DNA of 44,520 nucleotides from a virus, in the UHGV virus genome UHGV-0202726. One strand, written 5' to 3'. Made by a program: the position numbers and the translations under genes. Positions 34,541 to 43,894 of the stretch are shown in pieces. A model generated the notes under the pieces. That model was not told where the DNA came from. It did not search any database and saw only the letters and a list, made by a program, of their open reading frames with translations. Position 1 is the first letter of the stretch. Every line of letters starts with the position of its first letter.

Positions 34541-35590
34541 TTAAGACCCAACACCAGTTACCAGGAAGGCAATCGGTACATGCTTACGGTCAACAACACG
34601 GTTCCAGTTGGAGGCGTTCGCCAGGTCCTGCCAGGAAGCGGAGCGCGGGGTAGTCTCGGTGCCGTTGCCGGTGATCACCGCGCTGGTGAAGCTGTAGCCC
34701 AGTGGGTGCAGCAACCAAGTCTTACGTGTCCACAGGGTTTCGACGCCACCACCGTTACCGCGAGACTCTTCGCGCGCATAGGCCAGCGGGTTGGACGGAG
34801 AACCTTCACCGTAACCAATAGCGCCGTTGCCGAAGATGATGGAGATGAACTTACGGCTGCCACCAGTACCGACTACGGTCATGCTGTCATCAACAATCAC
34901 GCGGTAGCCCTGGTAGGTGGCGAACAGGGTGTCGTTGTCAGCGTTCTTGATGAAGTCAATAAGCTGCTGCTTACGGGCCTGCGCATAAACGAAGCTGTGC
35001 ATCGCAATAGCGCCAAGCACTTCACCGCCGTTGCCCATCAGGGCATCACCCATAGTCTGGGTAGCGTCGATGAACGCGCCTGCATCGAAGCCCAGAGTAG
35101 AGGACACGTCGATTACCATGTCATTCTGCTCGTGGTAAGCATCGGTAGCAGCTACGTTGTCATTGTACAGACCGAGCGCGGTAGCAATCAGACGGCGTTG
35201 TGCCTGACGCTGCCAGAAGTTATCCAGGCGAGAAGCCACAGATTGCAGCGGGTTCTGGCTGGTCAGTTCAACGGTCAGGTCAGCCTGGCCAAAACCTTCG
35301 TTCAGGTAAGCTACGCGCGCCATCATCTCGCCGGTCTGGACATTACGCGGGGTAGCGATGTCCTGGTATACGTCGTTCGAGTAGTTCGGCTCAATAGAAG
35401 TGTCAATCGCTTTCCAGAAAGGAATATTAGCGATGTTGGACGAGCCGCGGGCAATCTCGGCAGCGTATGGAGTCGGGGACAGAATACCAGACTGGAAAAA
35501 CGCGGTTTTTTCTACCGGGTCCTCGGTCATATAAGACGCCAGGACCGGGATGTTGCCAGTTACGATATCGCCGATAGTGGTAATTGCCAT
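34541..35590 (-). CDS. major capsid protein
   Basis: 349 aa directly downstream of scaffold gene; GAGGAA RBS; flanked by attenuator hairpin. Confidence 0.8.
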   Translation of the reverse strand: MAITTIGDIVTGNIPVLASYMTEDPVEKTAFFQSGILSPTPYAAEIARGSSNIANIPFWKAIDTSIEPNYSNDVYQDIATPRNVQTGEMMARVAYLNEGFGQADLTVELTSQNPLQSVASRLDNFWQRQAQRRLIATALGLYNDNVAATDAYHEQNDMVIDVSSTLGFDAGAFIDATQTMGDALMGNGGEVLGAIAMHSFVYAQARKQQLIDFIKNADNDTLFATYQGYRVIVDDSMTVVGTGGSRKFISIIFGNGAIGYGEGSPSNPLAYAREESRGNGGGVETLWTRKTWLLHPLGYSFTSAVITGNGTETTPRSASWQDLANASNWNRVVDRKHVPIAFLVTGVGS

Positions 35591-35592
35591 TA

Positions 35593-36294
35593 TTATTTCC
35601 TCAGGGCTTTAAGTTGCCGTTCAAATTCGGCAGGGTTCGATTTATACAGTGCTAAACGCTCTGCTTCACTCATGTCTTTAAACGCTGGTGCGGCCCCGCC
35701 GCCTTTGCTACCGGAAGCCCCGCCGCCGGAAGCTGCATTTGCTTTAATCAAATGCGAAAACGCTTTGTGTTCGCGCAGGTATTTGCGGAACTGTTCCGGG
35801 TCAGTCGTGATTACGTTGCCGTCTGCGCCGACAAACTTAGTAACCACATCATCGCCTTCGAACTCAGTCTTAACGAACGGCGCAAGGATGTCCACTGCTT
35901 CCGGGGTAATAAAGTCACCCGCGAAAGAGCCTAACACCGCTTTACGTTCGCTGCCGAGGATGCGCTCTGCCATTCTGGAGATGCGGCCATCTTTCTCGGC
36001 TAACACCGGGTCATACTGGCTACGAATCGTCTTTTCGAACTCGTCCATCTTACCTGCGGCTTTTAACGCCTCCTGGTGTGCGCGCTGCCGTTCTTCTTCG
36101 GCCTCTTTTGCTTTGCGAGCGGCTTCTTTCTTCTCCGCCAGCAATGCTTCCTGATTGGCCTTAAGCCCGGCGACTTCTTTCTCAATCAGCGCCTGAACTT
36201 CTTCGGCGGTGAACATTTTCGGCGCGTCACCGCCACCGGCTTTATCTTCTGCCCCAGCTTCTTCCTGGAACGGATAACGTAAAAAACGATTCAT
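35593..36294 (-). CDS. scaffolding protein
   Basis: ATG at 36294 (MNRFLRY...) preferred over track TTG 36348; Ala/Glu/Lys-rich coiled-coil; immediately upstream of the capsid gene. Confidence 0.6.
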   Translation of the reverse strand: MNRFLRYPFQEEAGAEDKAGGGDAPKMFTAEEVQALIEKEVAGLKANQEALLAEKKEAARKAKEAEEERQRAHQEALKAAGKMDEFEKTIRSQYDPVLAEKDGRISRMAERILGSERKAVLGSFAGDFITPEAVDILAPFVKTEFEGDDVVTKFVGADGNVITTDPEQFRKYLREHKAFSHLIKANAASGGGASGSKGGGAAPAFKDMSEAERLALYKSNPAEFERQLKALRK

Positions 36295-36376
36295 AGTCAG
36301 TATGTCCCCTGGACGTTGGAATCCGGGCCACCCGGATTTACATGTCAAGAATAAATTATTCCAACATGCAAGGCAA

Positions 36377-36640
36377 CTATTCCAGAATATTCCTCACGTA
36401 GTCCTGCAACATGAACACTTTCAGTCTCAGTTGCCGTACACATTCAGCGTTCTGAACGTCGATAGCTAAATCCTCGTCCGCGTCGCTACTTGGTGCCGCC
36501 AGTTTGCACGGCGGCTGCATCATCGTCGTATCCGGGGATGGAATTGGCATTTGCGACGGCGCGGGACTTGAGCTGCACGCGCTCAGGGTCAAAAGTGCAC
36601 ACGCTGCGACCAGGCGTTTTAATGTACTTAACGACTTCAC
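36377..36640 (-). CDS. o-spanin (Rz1-like outer-membrane lipoprotein)
   Basis: Signal peptide with lipobox LSAC, Pro-rich mature part; overlaps the 3' end of the i-spanin gene in another frame. Confidence 0.6.
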   Translation of the reverse strand: MKSLSTLKRLVAACALLTLSACSSSPAPSQMPIPSPDTTMMQPPCKLAAPSSDADEDLAIDVQNAECVRQLRLKVFMLQDYVRNILE

Positions 36641-36872
36641 GGGTGATCACCTCTGATTTCGTCTTGCCTTCGTTGTCAGCGGCTGCGGCCTTCGATTCAT
36701 CCTGCTGCTGCCGTTGTGTTTTCTTCGCTAACGCAGCCTGTGCTTTCTGCTGTTGCTGCGAAACGAGATTCGCCCGGCCTTCGTTCCAGCCGATGCGGTA
36801 TTGATAGTAGCCGTGGGCATATAACAGGATGATGAAACATGCCCCTGCTACGACAGTTGCTTTAAGATTCAT
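36486..36872 (-). CDS. i-spanin (Rz-like)
   Basis: N-terminal transmembrane anchor, Gln/Ala-rich coiled-coil, periplasmic C-terminus; overlapped by Rz1-like ORF. Confidence 0.65.
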   Translation of the reverse strand: MNLKATVVAGACFIILLYAHGYYQYRIGWNEGRANLVSQQQQKAQAALAKKTQRQQQDESKAAAADNEGKTKSEVITREVVKYIKTPGRSVCTFDPERVQLKSRAVANANSIPGYDDDAAAVQTGGTK

Positions 36873-37123
36873 GTTTCTCCTTTCTCGATAAGTAAAGCCC
36901 CGCCATAAAGCGGGGCGCTAGTCCTTATCATTTAAACATAGAAACGGCGTAATCTCAGTAAACCCGTTCCTTTTTACACAAGCAATAGAGTATGGCCCTT
37001 CCGAACGCGTCAGCGTAACTACACTCAGGACTTACGTCCCGCTCCGTTACCTGCCCGCGCCGCGGTCGCTTGTTCATACTTCACAAGCTCAGGTGGAGCT
37101 TATCACATTTTTAGTGAAAAGTC

Positions 37124-37139
37124 AACTATTCGAATAGTT
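37124..37139. repeat. perfect 16-bp palindrome AACTATTCGAATAGTT
   Basis: Read directly; lies in the 340-bp non-coding region upstream of the Rz gene; shares the GAATAG/CTATT core with the promoter-associated motif. Confidence 0.9.
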
Positions 37140-37189
37140 TATTCCAACATTTACAATTAGGAGGAATAACTGGAATAATAACAGGCGCT

Positions 37190-37209
37190 AAAAAGCCCCT
37201 TTCGGGGCC
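37190..37209 (-). terminator. rho-independent terminator downstream of the Ig-like gene
   Basis: AGCCCC-TTTC-GGGGCT hairpin followed on minus strand by TTTT. Confidence 0.5.
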
Positions 37210-37214
37210 TTAGT

Positions 37215-37676
37215 TTATTCAGGCTTAGTGACCTTCGCCGCTTTACTGACGGCCTCTACACCATCGGCATCGGTAACTTTAACGAAGTATTCGCCTGCCG
37301 CGTTAACCGTAAGAGACAAAGCCTCTTCGGGTGCGTTTACAACTTCCTTACCATCTTTGTACCAGGTCAGAGCATACGGCGCTTTACCAGCCTTAACTTC
37401 GACCGTGATAGTTGCGCTGCCGTCTGCCAGTTCTGTGTCTTTCGGTTGCACCGAGAAATACACGTCGCCAGCATCAGCCAGATACGGAATTTCATAAAGC
37501 ATACCCGCCGCCGGCAGCGCAATACCGGTTTTATCTGCAAACGGCATGTCGTCTACTGGTGTACCAAGTACACTTTCATCTTCGATAAATACCACGTTCT
37601 CACCAGAACCAGACACTCGGGCGTACTGAACTACGCGACGCGACGGTACATCAGTTACTTTGAAAAAGCCCATCAT
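37215..37676 (-). CDS. Ig-like domain protein
   Basis: 153 aa; C-terminal ITVEVKAGKAPYALTWYKDGKEV...GEYFVKVTD pattern of Ig-like domains. Confidence 0.5.
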   Translation of the reverse strand: MMGFFKVTDVPSRRVVQYARVSGSGENVVFIEDESVLGTPVDDMPFADKTGIALPAAGMLYEIPYLADAGDVYFSVQPKDTELADGSATITVEVKAGKAPYALTWYKDGKEVVNAPEEALSLTVNAAGEYFVKVTDADGVEAVSKAAKVTKPE

Positions 37677-38752
37677 TAATCCCCTTTCAGATAATCAGCA
37701 ACACGTTTATCGAGTTCCGCCATCTGCTTAAGCGTGAGCGGATTCCCGAAACCATCTACAGATATTACGCGAAACTCTTCCGGCGATATACCGCTGTTGC
37801 GGAAAATCTTACCTCGCACCGGGCCGAGCGCCTGGTCCTGAAACCATGCGGGTTGTTGTTTCAGGAACTCGTAGTAAGTGGTGTCTGCGCTTACCTGAGT
37901 ACCGCCATCCGCACCCTTAGCCGCGCGTTTTGCACCTTTATCAAGGAAGTCGAACTCGGAACTGATTACCGGAGCCGTGCACGACCGGCAGTTCGGATGG
38001 GCGGGTGGCATCGGCCCTTTACCGATTTCCCACGTCATCCCGTCTCTGGCCCTGCAAATCGTACTGGTACGGCTGTCCAGCGTCGACACCCACTCGTACT
38101 TCTCGATGATGTCGTCGTTCTGGCGGTACGTCTCGTTACGTGCTTCGTTGGATACGTGAGACAGAGCGGTGCGGATTACCGTCGCAGCGTTTCGTTCTGA
38201 AATGTCCGCCAGTCCACCAGCGCCTACGACATTTTTAACAATCTGCCGTGTGGTTTGGCCTTGTACGAAACCCATCTTAACGCCAGTTACCAGGCGCGCG
38301 ACCTCCGTTTCACCCCAGCCAGACATCAGCTTCGTGAAATCAACAGGCTTGTCACTTAACGATAATGGCTGAAACTCGGCAGCGGCCCACACCTGTTCTG
38401 CGGTAGGCGTAACAAATTCCGCGTTAACGTTAGCCGTCAGCGTCTTTACGTTCCACTCAGCCTCATATGCCACCAGTTCCTTAAGGTCTTCTGTCAGTTT
38501 TGTTTGCCAGTCACCGGTAAGTCCTGCCAGTGCTTCTTCGAGGTCGCGTAACAGTTTATTCAGTCGCGCAGTGCTGCGACCGTCGTCACCGAATAGCAGA
38601 ACCTGCCGTTTGATTTCGTCTCGCATCTCCTGAATGAATGGTGTGAGGTCTTTCACTTCACCGGAAGCGGCTCGTTGTAGCCATATCTGGTGGCTTATTA
38701 GGGATGTAAGTAAGCTCATAGATAAACCCTGTGGTGCTAAAGTTAATAGCAT
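37676..38752 (-). CDS. head morphogenesis protein (Mu F / SPP1 gp7-like)
   Basis: 358 aa directly downstream of portal; PPAHPNCRSCTAP motif typical of the Mu F-like minor head protein family; alternative ATG at 38719. Confidence 0.7.
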   Translation of the reverse strand: MLLTLAPQGLSMSLLTSLISHQIWLQRAASGEVKDLTPFIQEMRDEIKRQVLLFGDDGRSTARLNKLLRDLEEALAGLTGDWQTKLTEDLKELVAYEAEWNVKTLTANVNAEFVTPTAEQVWAAAEFQPLSLSDKPVDFTKLMSGWGETEVARLVTGVKMGFVQGQTTRQIVKNVVGAGGLADISERNAATVIRTALSHVSNEARNETYRQNDDIIEKYEWVSTLDSRTSTICRARDGMTWEIGKGPMPPAHPNCRSCTAPVISSEFDFLDKGAKRAAKGADGGTQVSADTTYYEFLKQQPAWFQDQALGPVRGKIFRNSGISPEEFRVISVDGFGNPLTLKQMAELDKRVADYLKGD

Positions 38753-38760
38753 ACTATAAG

Positions 38761-38778
38761 AAAGCCCCTTTCGGGGCT
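38761..38778 (-). terminator. GC hairpin between portal and head morphogenesis genes (attenuator or processing site)
   Basis: AAAGCCCC-TTTC-GGGGCT; no strong U tract. Confidence 0.3.
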
Positions 38779-38788
38779 ATATGCGAAC

Positions 38789-40270
38789 TTACCGCTGAAT
38801 GGTATCTTGTTGCTGCGCCGACTGCGGAATCTCCCCCGCTACCTTGGTAACCGCGCCCATCGGCAGAGGTGCATCCTCGATAGCGTTCTGAATGTCCTCA
38901 TCCGTCCAGTCAGTTACACCCGCCTTACGCAACGCTGCGTAGTAAGCAGTAGCCGGTAACAGGCCTGCGTTAATGTCCGCCATCCACTGTGCACGGTCCT
39001 GAGCGGTCATAGGCTGCAGGAAGAACTCCATATTCAGCTTGAACTCAATCTCTGTGCCTTCACGTAGCCCTAGCATCGCAGCAACCCAGCGCAACGCATC
39101 TGTATACGCCATGCTTACGTTACGTGCGATTGTTGCCATAACGGACGTATCAGCGCCGCGTTGCAGCCGGGCCGATTCCGCGGTGATTTGCTGCGTCTGG
39201 GTGATAAGCTGCGCACCAATCTGGATGGCCTGATTCTCTTTGTCCAGCATATTCTGTTTGGCGAGGTTGTTCTCTCCCGCCTGAACCAGAAACGCATTGC
39301 CGCCGTAACCGATGTTATGGCCTGAGCGCGACCCCATGCGCACGCCGTGTGGGTTGGCTTCTGCCCACTGTTCCATGCTCATGTTCTCACCCGGGGCGAT
39401 GAACAGAGTGGGCTGGCCTACAACGAAGCTGGATTCCTCATTGTCCGCGCTGTTGCGGAAATGTCCGATATTAAGCTCAGCCAACGGCAGCAAAGGTGCG
39501 TCGTCGATGGTTGCATCGTTGTTGCTTGCGCCGATGAACGTGAACGGGATTTTGCCGCGCAACTGTTCGCCAAGTTCCGGGAAGATTTCTTTTACTTCAC
39601 CCTGTGCGCCACCTTCTGCATCGAAGCGGTAAATGCGCTGACGGTAGCGTCCATCAATAAGGTCAAGGACGCGATATTGCTCACCGAACTTTGTTTCGAA
39701 CTCTGCACCCGGTTCTGAGTATTCCCACACCTCACGCAGCACTACCATTGTCACGCGGTTAACCGAACCGATACGGGTCAGTCGCCAGTTGATGATGTTC
39801 TCCGCGGTATAGAACGCGATGACCGGGTTTAATAAACCGGCGTTCTGTTCAGCTGCCGTCGCCGCAGCCGTCTCCGGGGCGTCCACCAGCAACCCACCAC
39901 GCCCTACCGAGTCAATCTCCATCAACGTGTCCTGCGCGTGCTGCCACAGCCCGACGCCAGAACCGTCAGCGTTGCGTAACAGGTACTCCAGTTCAGGTGG
40001 AATGATCTGTTCCGGGTCTTTGCGCATGACACTGCCAACCATCCCCGCCAGGGTGCGTTTAGTGAAGTTGTAGCAGATAGCCCCGTTCTCGTATTCTTCC
40101 TGGCGCTGTGCCGCGTAGGCCGGGTCTGGTTCGTTCTTCCCGACATTTCGAAGATAGCGAATAAGGTCGCCTTCCAGTGCGTGGCGTACCTTCTGCCATT
40201 TATCGAAGTGATGCAGCCATTCCCGGTGTTTTGTCTTAACACCCTGATTCTGACCGTTCATAGTTAACAT
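38789..40270 (-). CDS. portal protein
   Basis: 493 aa immediately downstream of the terminase large subunit. Confidence 0.75.
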   Translation of the reverse strand: MLTMNGQNQGVKTKHREWLHHFDKWQKVRHALEGDLIRYLRNVGKNEPDPAYAAQRQEEYENGAICYNFTKRTLAGMVGSVMRKDPEQIIPPELEYLLRNADGSGVGLWQHAQDTLMEIDSVGRGGLLVDAPETAAATAAEQNAGLLNPVIAFYTAENIINWRLTRIGSVNRVTMVVLREVWEYSEPGAEFETKFGEQYRVLDLIDGRYRQRIYRFDAEGGAQGEVKEIFPELGEQLRGKIPFTFIGASNNDATIDDAPLLPLAELNIGHFRNSADNEESSFVVGQPTLFIAPGENMSMEQWAEANPHGVRMGSRSGHNIGYGGNAFLVQAGENNLAKQNMLDKENQAIQIGAQLITQTQQITAESARLQRGADTSVMATIARNVSMAYTDALRWVAAMLGLREGTEIEFKLNMEFFLQPMTAQDRAQWMADINAGLLPATAYYAALRKAGVTDWTDEDIQNAIEDAPLPMGAVTKVAGEIPQSAQQQDTIQR

Positions 40271-40282
40271 TGAATAATCCTC

Positions 40283-41533
40283 TTAAAGTGCGAAAGTCAC
40301 CGGGATGTTGATTACTGGTTTAACCACCGGCATCTCGTAAACTACAGGGTAGCCGAGAGCATCCGCCATATGGTCAATGATGCCGTCTTTAGCTGGCTCT
40401 CCGTTATCATCGTATGCCTGCTGTTCCAGCGTCTTGGCTATCTCGGGGCATAAGTGGTCATTAACCCACAGCTTACCTTTTTCCAGCGCGGTATTCACTG
40501 CTAAAACACGGTCTTTAACCGGAGGGTTGGCGGATTTAGCGCGAACATCGAACCCGGCCTGCTGGAGTAATGCAATATCAGAGATTGACGCTGAGTTTGT
40601 CTTGCGGTTCTTGCCGCTGGCATCGGGGTAAACGACAATGCGGTGGCCCTGCGACTTCCACTTCTCGGTAATTACACGCACGGTGTCTGGTGTATCGAAC
40701 AGGCCCTTCAGTTCCGCCACCGCGTGCCAGCCGTCTTTTCGCTGTACATATACGGCGCTCGCGTTCTTCGTAACGTTGAAGTCCTGCCCGATGTACAGCG
40801 TGTCGCCCGGTTGAATTGTCTCTTTGCTGCGGTGCTTACGGCGGTCATACGCGTAATACACGCTGCCGGAGGTAAGGTTGACGAACTCACCGTTCAGATA
40901 CGCGTTAATCAGTTGCGCCGGATAAGTCTCGGTCAGCGAGCTAATGTAGTCCGGCGGCAGAAAACGCGCATTCTCATGTGTGGATGCCTGCACCATCGAG
41001 TAACTAGGCGTCGGGTTCTCTTTGAACTTGGCGTAGACGAACTTGAACCCTTCTGGCGTCGTGGTGACAGAGATGTGGTTAGTTATGCCAGGAATAACCA
41101 GACGCATACGGGCTACAATTTTGTTCCACGCCAGCTCAGCTTTCTCGCGACTCAATACGTCCAGCTCATCCACGACAGCTGCGGCGATTTTGAAGCCCAC
41201 AATCGAGCCAGGGTTATCCATTGAACGGCAGATAACAGTTCCGAGCACCGTCTTACCGCGAGTAACCACAACCTCTTTGTCGCCGGATTTAACCAGCACA
41301 TCGAGGCCAAGCAGGTTAGCCGCTTCCTCGAATGTCGGGTAGAAGATGTCGCGTATAGCGGGATATGTCGGGCCGAAGTATCCAAGGCGCGTACCTGGAT
41401 GCTTGAGCATGAACGTAAGCAGGTCCAGACAGCCCACAAACGTCTTGCCACTGCCGAAGCCGCCGACGTATGCTTTGTATTTATTGTCACAATTCAGGAA
41501 CAAAGCCTGTGGCGCGGATAGCTGAATACTCAT
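40283..41533 (-). CDS. terminase large subunit
   Basis: 416 aa; Walker A GGFGSGKT near N-terminus; nuclease-like C-terminal half; overlaps small subunit stop. Confidence 0.85.
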   Translation of the reverse strand: MSIQLSAPQALFLNCDNKYKAYVGGFGSGKTFVGCLDLLTFMLKHPGTRLGYFGPTYPAIRDIFYPTFEEAANLLGLDVLVKSGDKEVVVTRGKTVLGTVICRSMDNPGSIVGFKIAAAVVDELDVLSREKAELAWNKIVARMRLVIPGITNHISVTTTPEGFKFVYAKFKENPTPSYSMVQASTHENARFLPPDYISSLTETYPAQLINAYLNGEFVNLTSGSVYYAYDRRKHRSKETIQPGDTLYIGQDFNVTKNASAVYVQRKDGWHAVAELKGLFDTPDTVRVITEKWKSQGHRIVVYPDASGKNRKTNSASISDIALLQQAGFDVRAKSANPPVKDRVLAVNTALEKGKLWVNDHLCPEIAKTLEQQAYDDNGEPAKDGIIDHMADALGYPVVYEMPVVKPVINIPVTFAL

Positions 41534-42075
41534 TCCTCTACCTCACCCATATTCGTTGTTACGATTTTACCCACAGGCTCCGCAACACTGAAAATAATCT
41601 CTGTTGGCGCTGTTTCTTCGGTCGATTCAACCGGTTTCTCTTTGCCGAGTCCCAGCTTCGCGGCGGCAAACGTAGCAGAGATGCCCGCGGCCCCAGTCTC
41701 AGTGAAATATGCCTCTTCCAGTGCCTGTGCTGTTTCATAGGCTTCGGCAAATGCGGGAATCTCGCGCAGCCACAGCTTAATAATCGGGATAGTGACGCCG
41801 ATATGTAAGGCAAAGCGGGCCAGAGATGGTGGCTTATCCTGAATCAGCGGACGTTCGTCACCTTTGGACGTAGGCACCAGTTCCCACGACGTGCGGTCGA
41901 AGAACTCGATTAATTCGTCGCAATAGTCCGGGTCCCACAACGCGGCGGAATTACGGGATGATTGATAAAGGCTCTGTTTGCCACGCGGTCGTCTACGGCG
42001 ACGGTTTGCGCTAACCGCTTCTTCATGTGCAGCTTGCACCACCTCTGGCGATGGCTGCTTAAGTTTCAGCTTCAT
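41530..42075 (-). CDS. putative terminase small subunit
   Basis: ATG at 42075 with AAGGGGA RBS preferred over track start 42114; basic N-terminus RRRRRPRGK; position directly upstream of the large subunit. Confidence 0.5.
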   Translation of the reverse strand: MKLKLKQPSPEVVQAAHEEAVSANRRRRRPRGKQSLYQSSRNSAALWDPDYCDELIEFFDRTSWELVPTSKGDERPLIQDKPPSLARFALHIGVTIPIIKLWLREIPAFAEAYETAQALEEAYFTETGAAGISATFAAAKLGLGKEKPVESTEETAPTEIIFSVAEPVGKIVTTNMGEVEE

Positions 42076-42170
42076 AGAATCCCCTTGCTTATGCGTCTGA
42101 CCATCAGAGCGCATCAGACGCGCCCTACGCGTCTAAAAGGATTATATAAGGGGATTGGGAGGGATGTACA

Positions 42171-42192
42171 GAAAAGCCCTCCGTAGAGGGCT
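42171..42192 (-). terminator. rho-independent terminator separating the small-gene operon from the terminase operon
   Basis: AGCCCTC-TACG-GAGGGCT followed on minus strand by TTTTCTGT. Confidence 0.55.
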
Positions 42193-42251
42193 TGTATCAG
42201 TTATATAGGCCGTGTCGTGGTGCTCTTTTACCATCGCCGCCGTAATGGTCG

Positions 42252-42524
42252 TTAGCTACGACTATAGTCCAGGCATTCGGAAAGACTAAAAGTCGCATTA
42301 AATTCCTCAAGGTCTATTTTACGAATACATGGTGAAAGGCAATCAGCGAAAACCAACTCACCAGAATCAATAACGACGAACCGCCAGCCTTTGAATATGT
42401 TCTCGGAAATACCCTCTGCAACTTCGCGAACATTAGGCATGTGTTCTGGGAAATCGTGGAAGTTTCTGGACAAAAATTCAAGTGCCTCACACCGGTTTAT
42501 GTGGTAATTATCATATTCAATCAT
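42252..42524 (-). CDS. hypothetical protein
   Basis: 90 aa; overlaps upstream gene stop. Confidence 0.45.
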   Translation of the reverse strand: MIEYDNYHINRCEALEFLSRNFHDFPEHMPNVREVAEGISENIFKGWRFVVIDSGELVFADCLSPCIRKIDLEEFNATFSLSECLDYSRS

Positions 42525-42757
42525 TCCCCACTCTCCTCTTTAGCAATGCGTTGCTCGGTTTTAGTGATACCGCGTCGCGTGAATAACACCGGGCTTGTCT
42601 TAACGTGCGTCATCAGACGGTTGTTATAAATTACGTGGCGCTCGCAATCAACGTCTTTGCTGTACTTCGCAATCGTCATTTCGTTGATGCCGGTTTGACG
42701 GCATGTCTCGGCCATCGTGCCGTATTCTTTAATCAGGTTCGGAATGCTGGTAATCAT
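42521..42757 (-). CDS. hypothetical protein with HTH-like segment
   Basis: ATG at 42757 in ATGA overlap with upstream ORF preferred over track GTG 42781; GTMAETCRQTGINEMTIAKY. Confidence 0.45.
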   Translation of the reverse strand: MITSIPNLIKEYGTMAETCRQTGINEMTIAKYSKDVDCERHVIYNNRLMTHVKTSPVLFTRRGITKTEQRIAKEESGE

Positions 42758-42924
42758 CCTACGAAATTCCTCGTTGTCCACATCGCATTCGGATATTTGT
42801 TATCGCGGTCCTGCACTACGGCAATCATGTTCCCACGTTGCACCAGGCAGAAGTGCCGTTGTTGCTCGCCGTTGTAACGACGCCATATTGCTTCTTCGAT
42901 TGCCGCGTTGATGTCACTGAACAT
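42754..42924 (-). CDS. hypothetical small protein (56 aa)
   Basis: Fills the gap between 42927 and 42757 exactly; ATGA overlap at its 3' end. Confidence 0.3.
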   Translation of the reverse strand: MFSDINAAIEEAIWRRYNGEQQRHFCLVQRGNMIAVVQDRDNKYPNAMWTTRNFVG

Positions 42925-42926
42925 AA

Positions 42927-43121
42927 TTACCCTACTATCTCATCACCAAGCCACGCCGTTTCTCGTATATCGTCTACCACACAAGCAGCGTGCTCACGGC
43001 TAATTGCAAAAATGTAGAAGCTGAACTTCTTCCCGTCGGCGTCGATGTGGTTAACCGAGTAGGGTTTCCACAGAACGCCATCGATAACTACTGGTTTAGG
43101 AGACTCCATACGCTTTACCAC
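42927..43121 (-). CDS. hypothetical protein
   Basis: Track ORF (GTG start); alternative ATG at 43109; no clear RBS. Confidence 0.4.
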   Translation of the reverse strand: MVKRMESPKPVVIDGVLWKPYSVNHIDADGKKFSFYIFAISREHAACVVDDIRETAWLGDEIVG

Positions 43122-43341
43122 ATTTAACGCATGTCACTCGATGTACCCCATCAAAATGTATGTAGTAGTCGTGTGCACAAGGCCTTTCGTCCGCTTTCAA
43201 CTTATCAAGTAACTGCTTAAACGCCTCCAGTTGAAACTCACCGTTAATTGACAGTTGTCCGCCTAACGTCTGTTTCTCTGACTCGAGTACCAGAATACGG
43301 CGCTCGAGTGATGCGATTGTTATTTTAGGCATTGGCGTCAC
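43096..43341 (-). CDS. hypothetical coiled-coil protein with C-terminal zinc-ribbon-like Cys/His
   Basis: CAHDYYIHFDGVHRVTCVKCG; overlaps neighbours. Confidence 0.45.
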   Translation of the reverse strand: MTPMPKITIASLERRILVLESEKQTLGGQLSINGEFQLEAFKQLLDKLKADERPCAHDYYIHFDGVHRVTCVKCGKAYGVS

Positions 43342-43510
43342 CTTTGTTCAGGTTGAAGCGGTTAATCAGTTCACGGCGTGTCTCATAAAGCGACTCAACC
43401 ATTTGCTCGGCTACCGCGATTTTAGTATTCAGGACGTGCATCACGTGGCTGATGTCTACGCCGCTGTTAACGGCCTCTACCATCATCTTTTCGTATTCAC
43501 GGTCAGTCAT
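43325..43510 (-). CDS. hypothetical protein
   Basis: 61 aa; start overlaps upstream stop. Confidence 0.4.
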   Translation of the reverse strand: MTDREYEKMMVEAVNSGVDISHVMHVLNTKIAVAEQMVESLYETRRELINRFNLNKGDANA

Positions 43511-43742
43511 TTTTATACCCCTTAGGCAGTTTATACTGGTTGACTAGCCGCTCGTCTGCTTTCATCTCATCGATGAACTTTGGAAGTTCTCCGTGCTGGC
43601 AATTAAATAGCCACCACTGGTCACATATGCTTTGAGGGATTGCAAGTTCGTAGGTAATACCAAGTTCACGCATTACGGTTTGTGGATGTCGGGTTTCACC
43701 CGCATAATACGCACCAATGCAGTCATATCGTAAATGTTTCAT
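43503..43742 (-). CDS. hypothetical protein
   Basis: ATG at 43742 in ATGA overlap preferred over track start 43757. Confidence 0.45.
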   Translation of the reverse strand: MKHLRYDCIGAYYAGETRHPQTVMRELGITYELAIPQSICDQWWLFNCQHGELPKFIDEMKADERLVNQYKLPKGYKND

Positions 43743-43894
43743 TTCTTCTCTCCCCACATGCGATTGAGATACTTGTTCTTGTCCGGCCCCGGGAAACTGT
43801 TACGTTTCATCAGTTCCTCGCGTGTCGGGAACGGGGTGTTGCTGACTTTACGGCCTACTCGTAATGGCTGGCTTACTGGGCCTTGTTCGCTCAT
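43739..43894 (-). CDS. hypothetical small protein (51 aa)
   Basis: ATGA overlaps at both ends, fills the gap between 43891 and 43742. Confidence 0.3.
   Translation of the reverse strand: MSEQGPVSQPLRVGRKVSNTPFPTREELMKRNSFPGPDKNKYLNRMWGEKK

Noticed and set aside
34499-36154. 551-aa plus-strand ORF
   Set aside because: Antisense to the well-supported major capsid and scaffold genes; low-complexity Ala/Arg/Ser-rich translation typical of GC-rich antisense frames; no RBS context.
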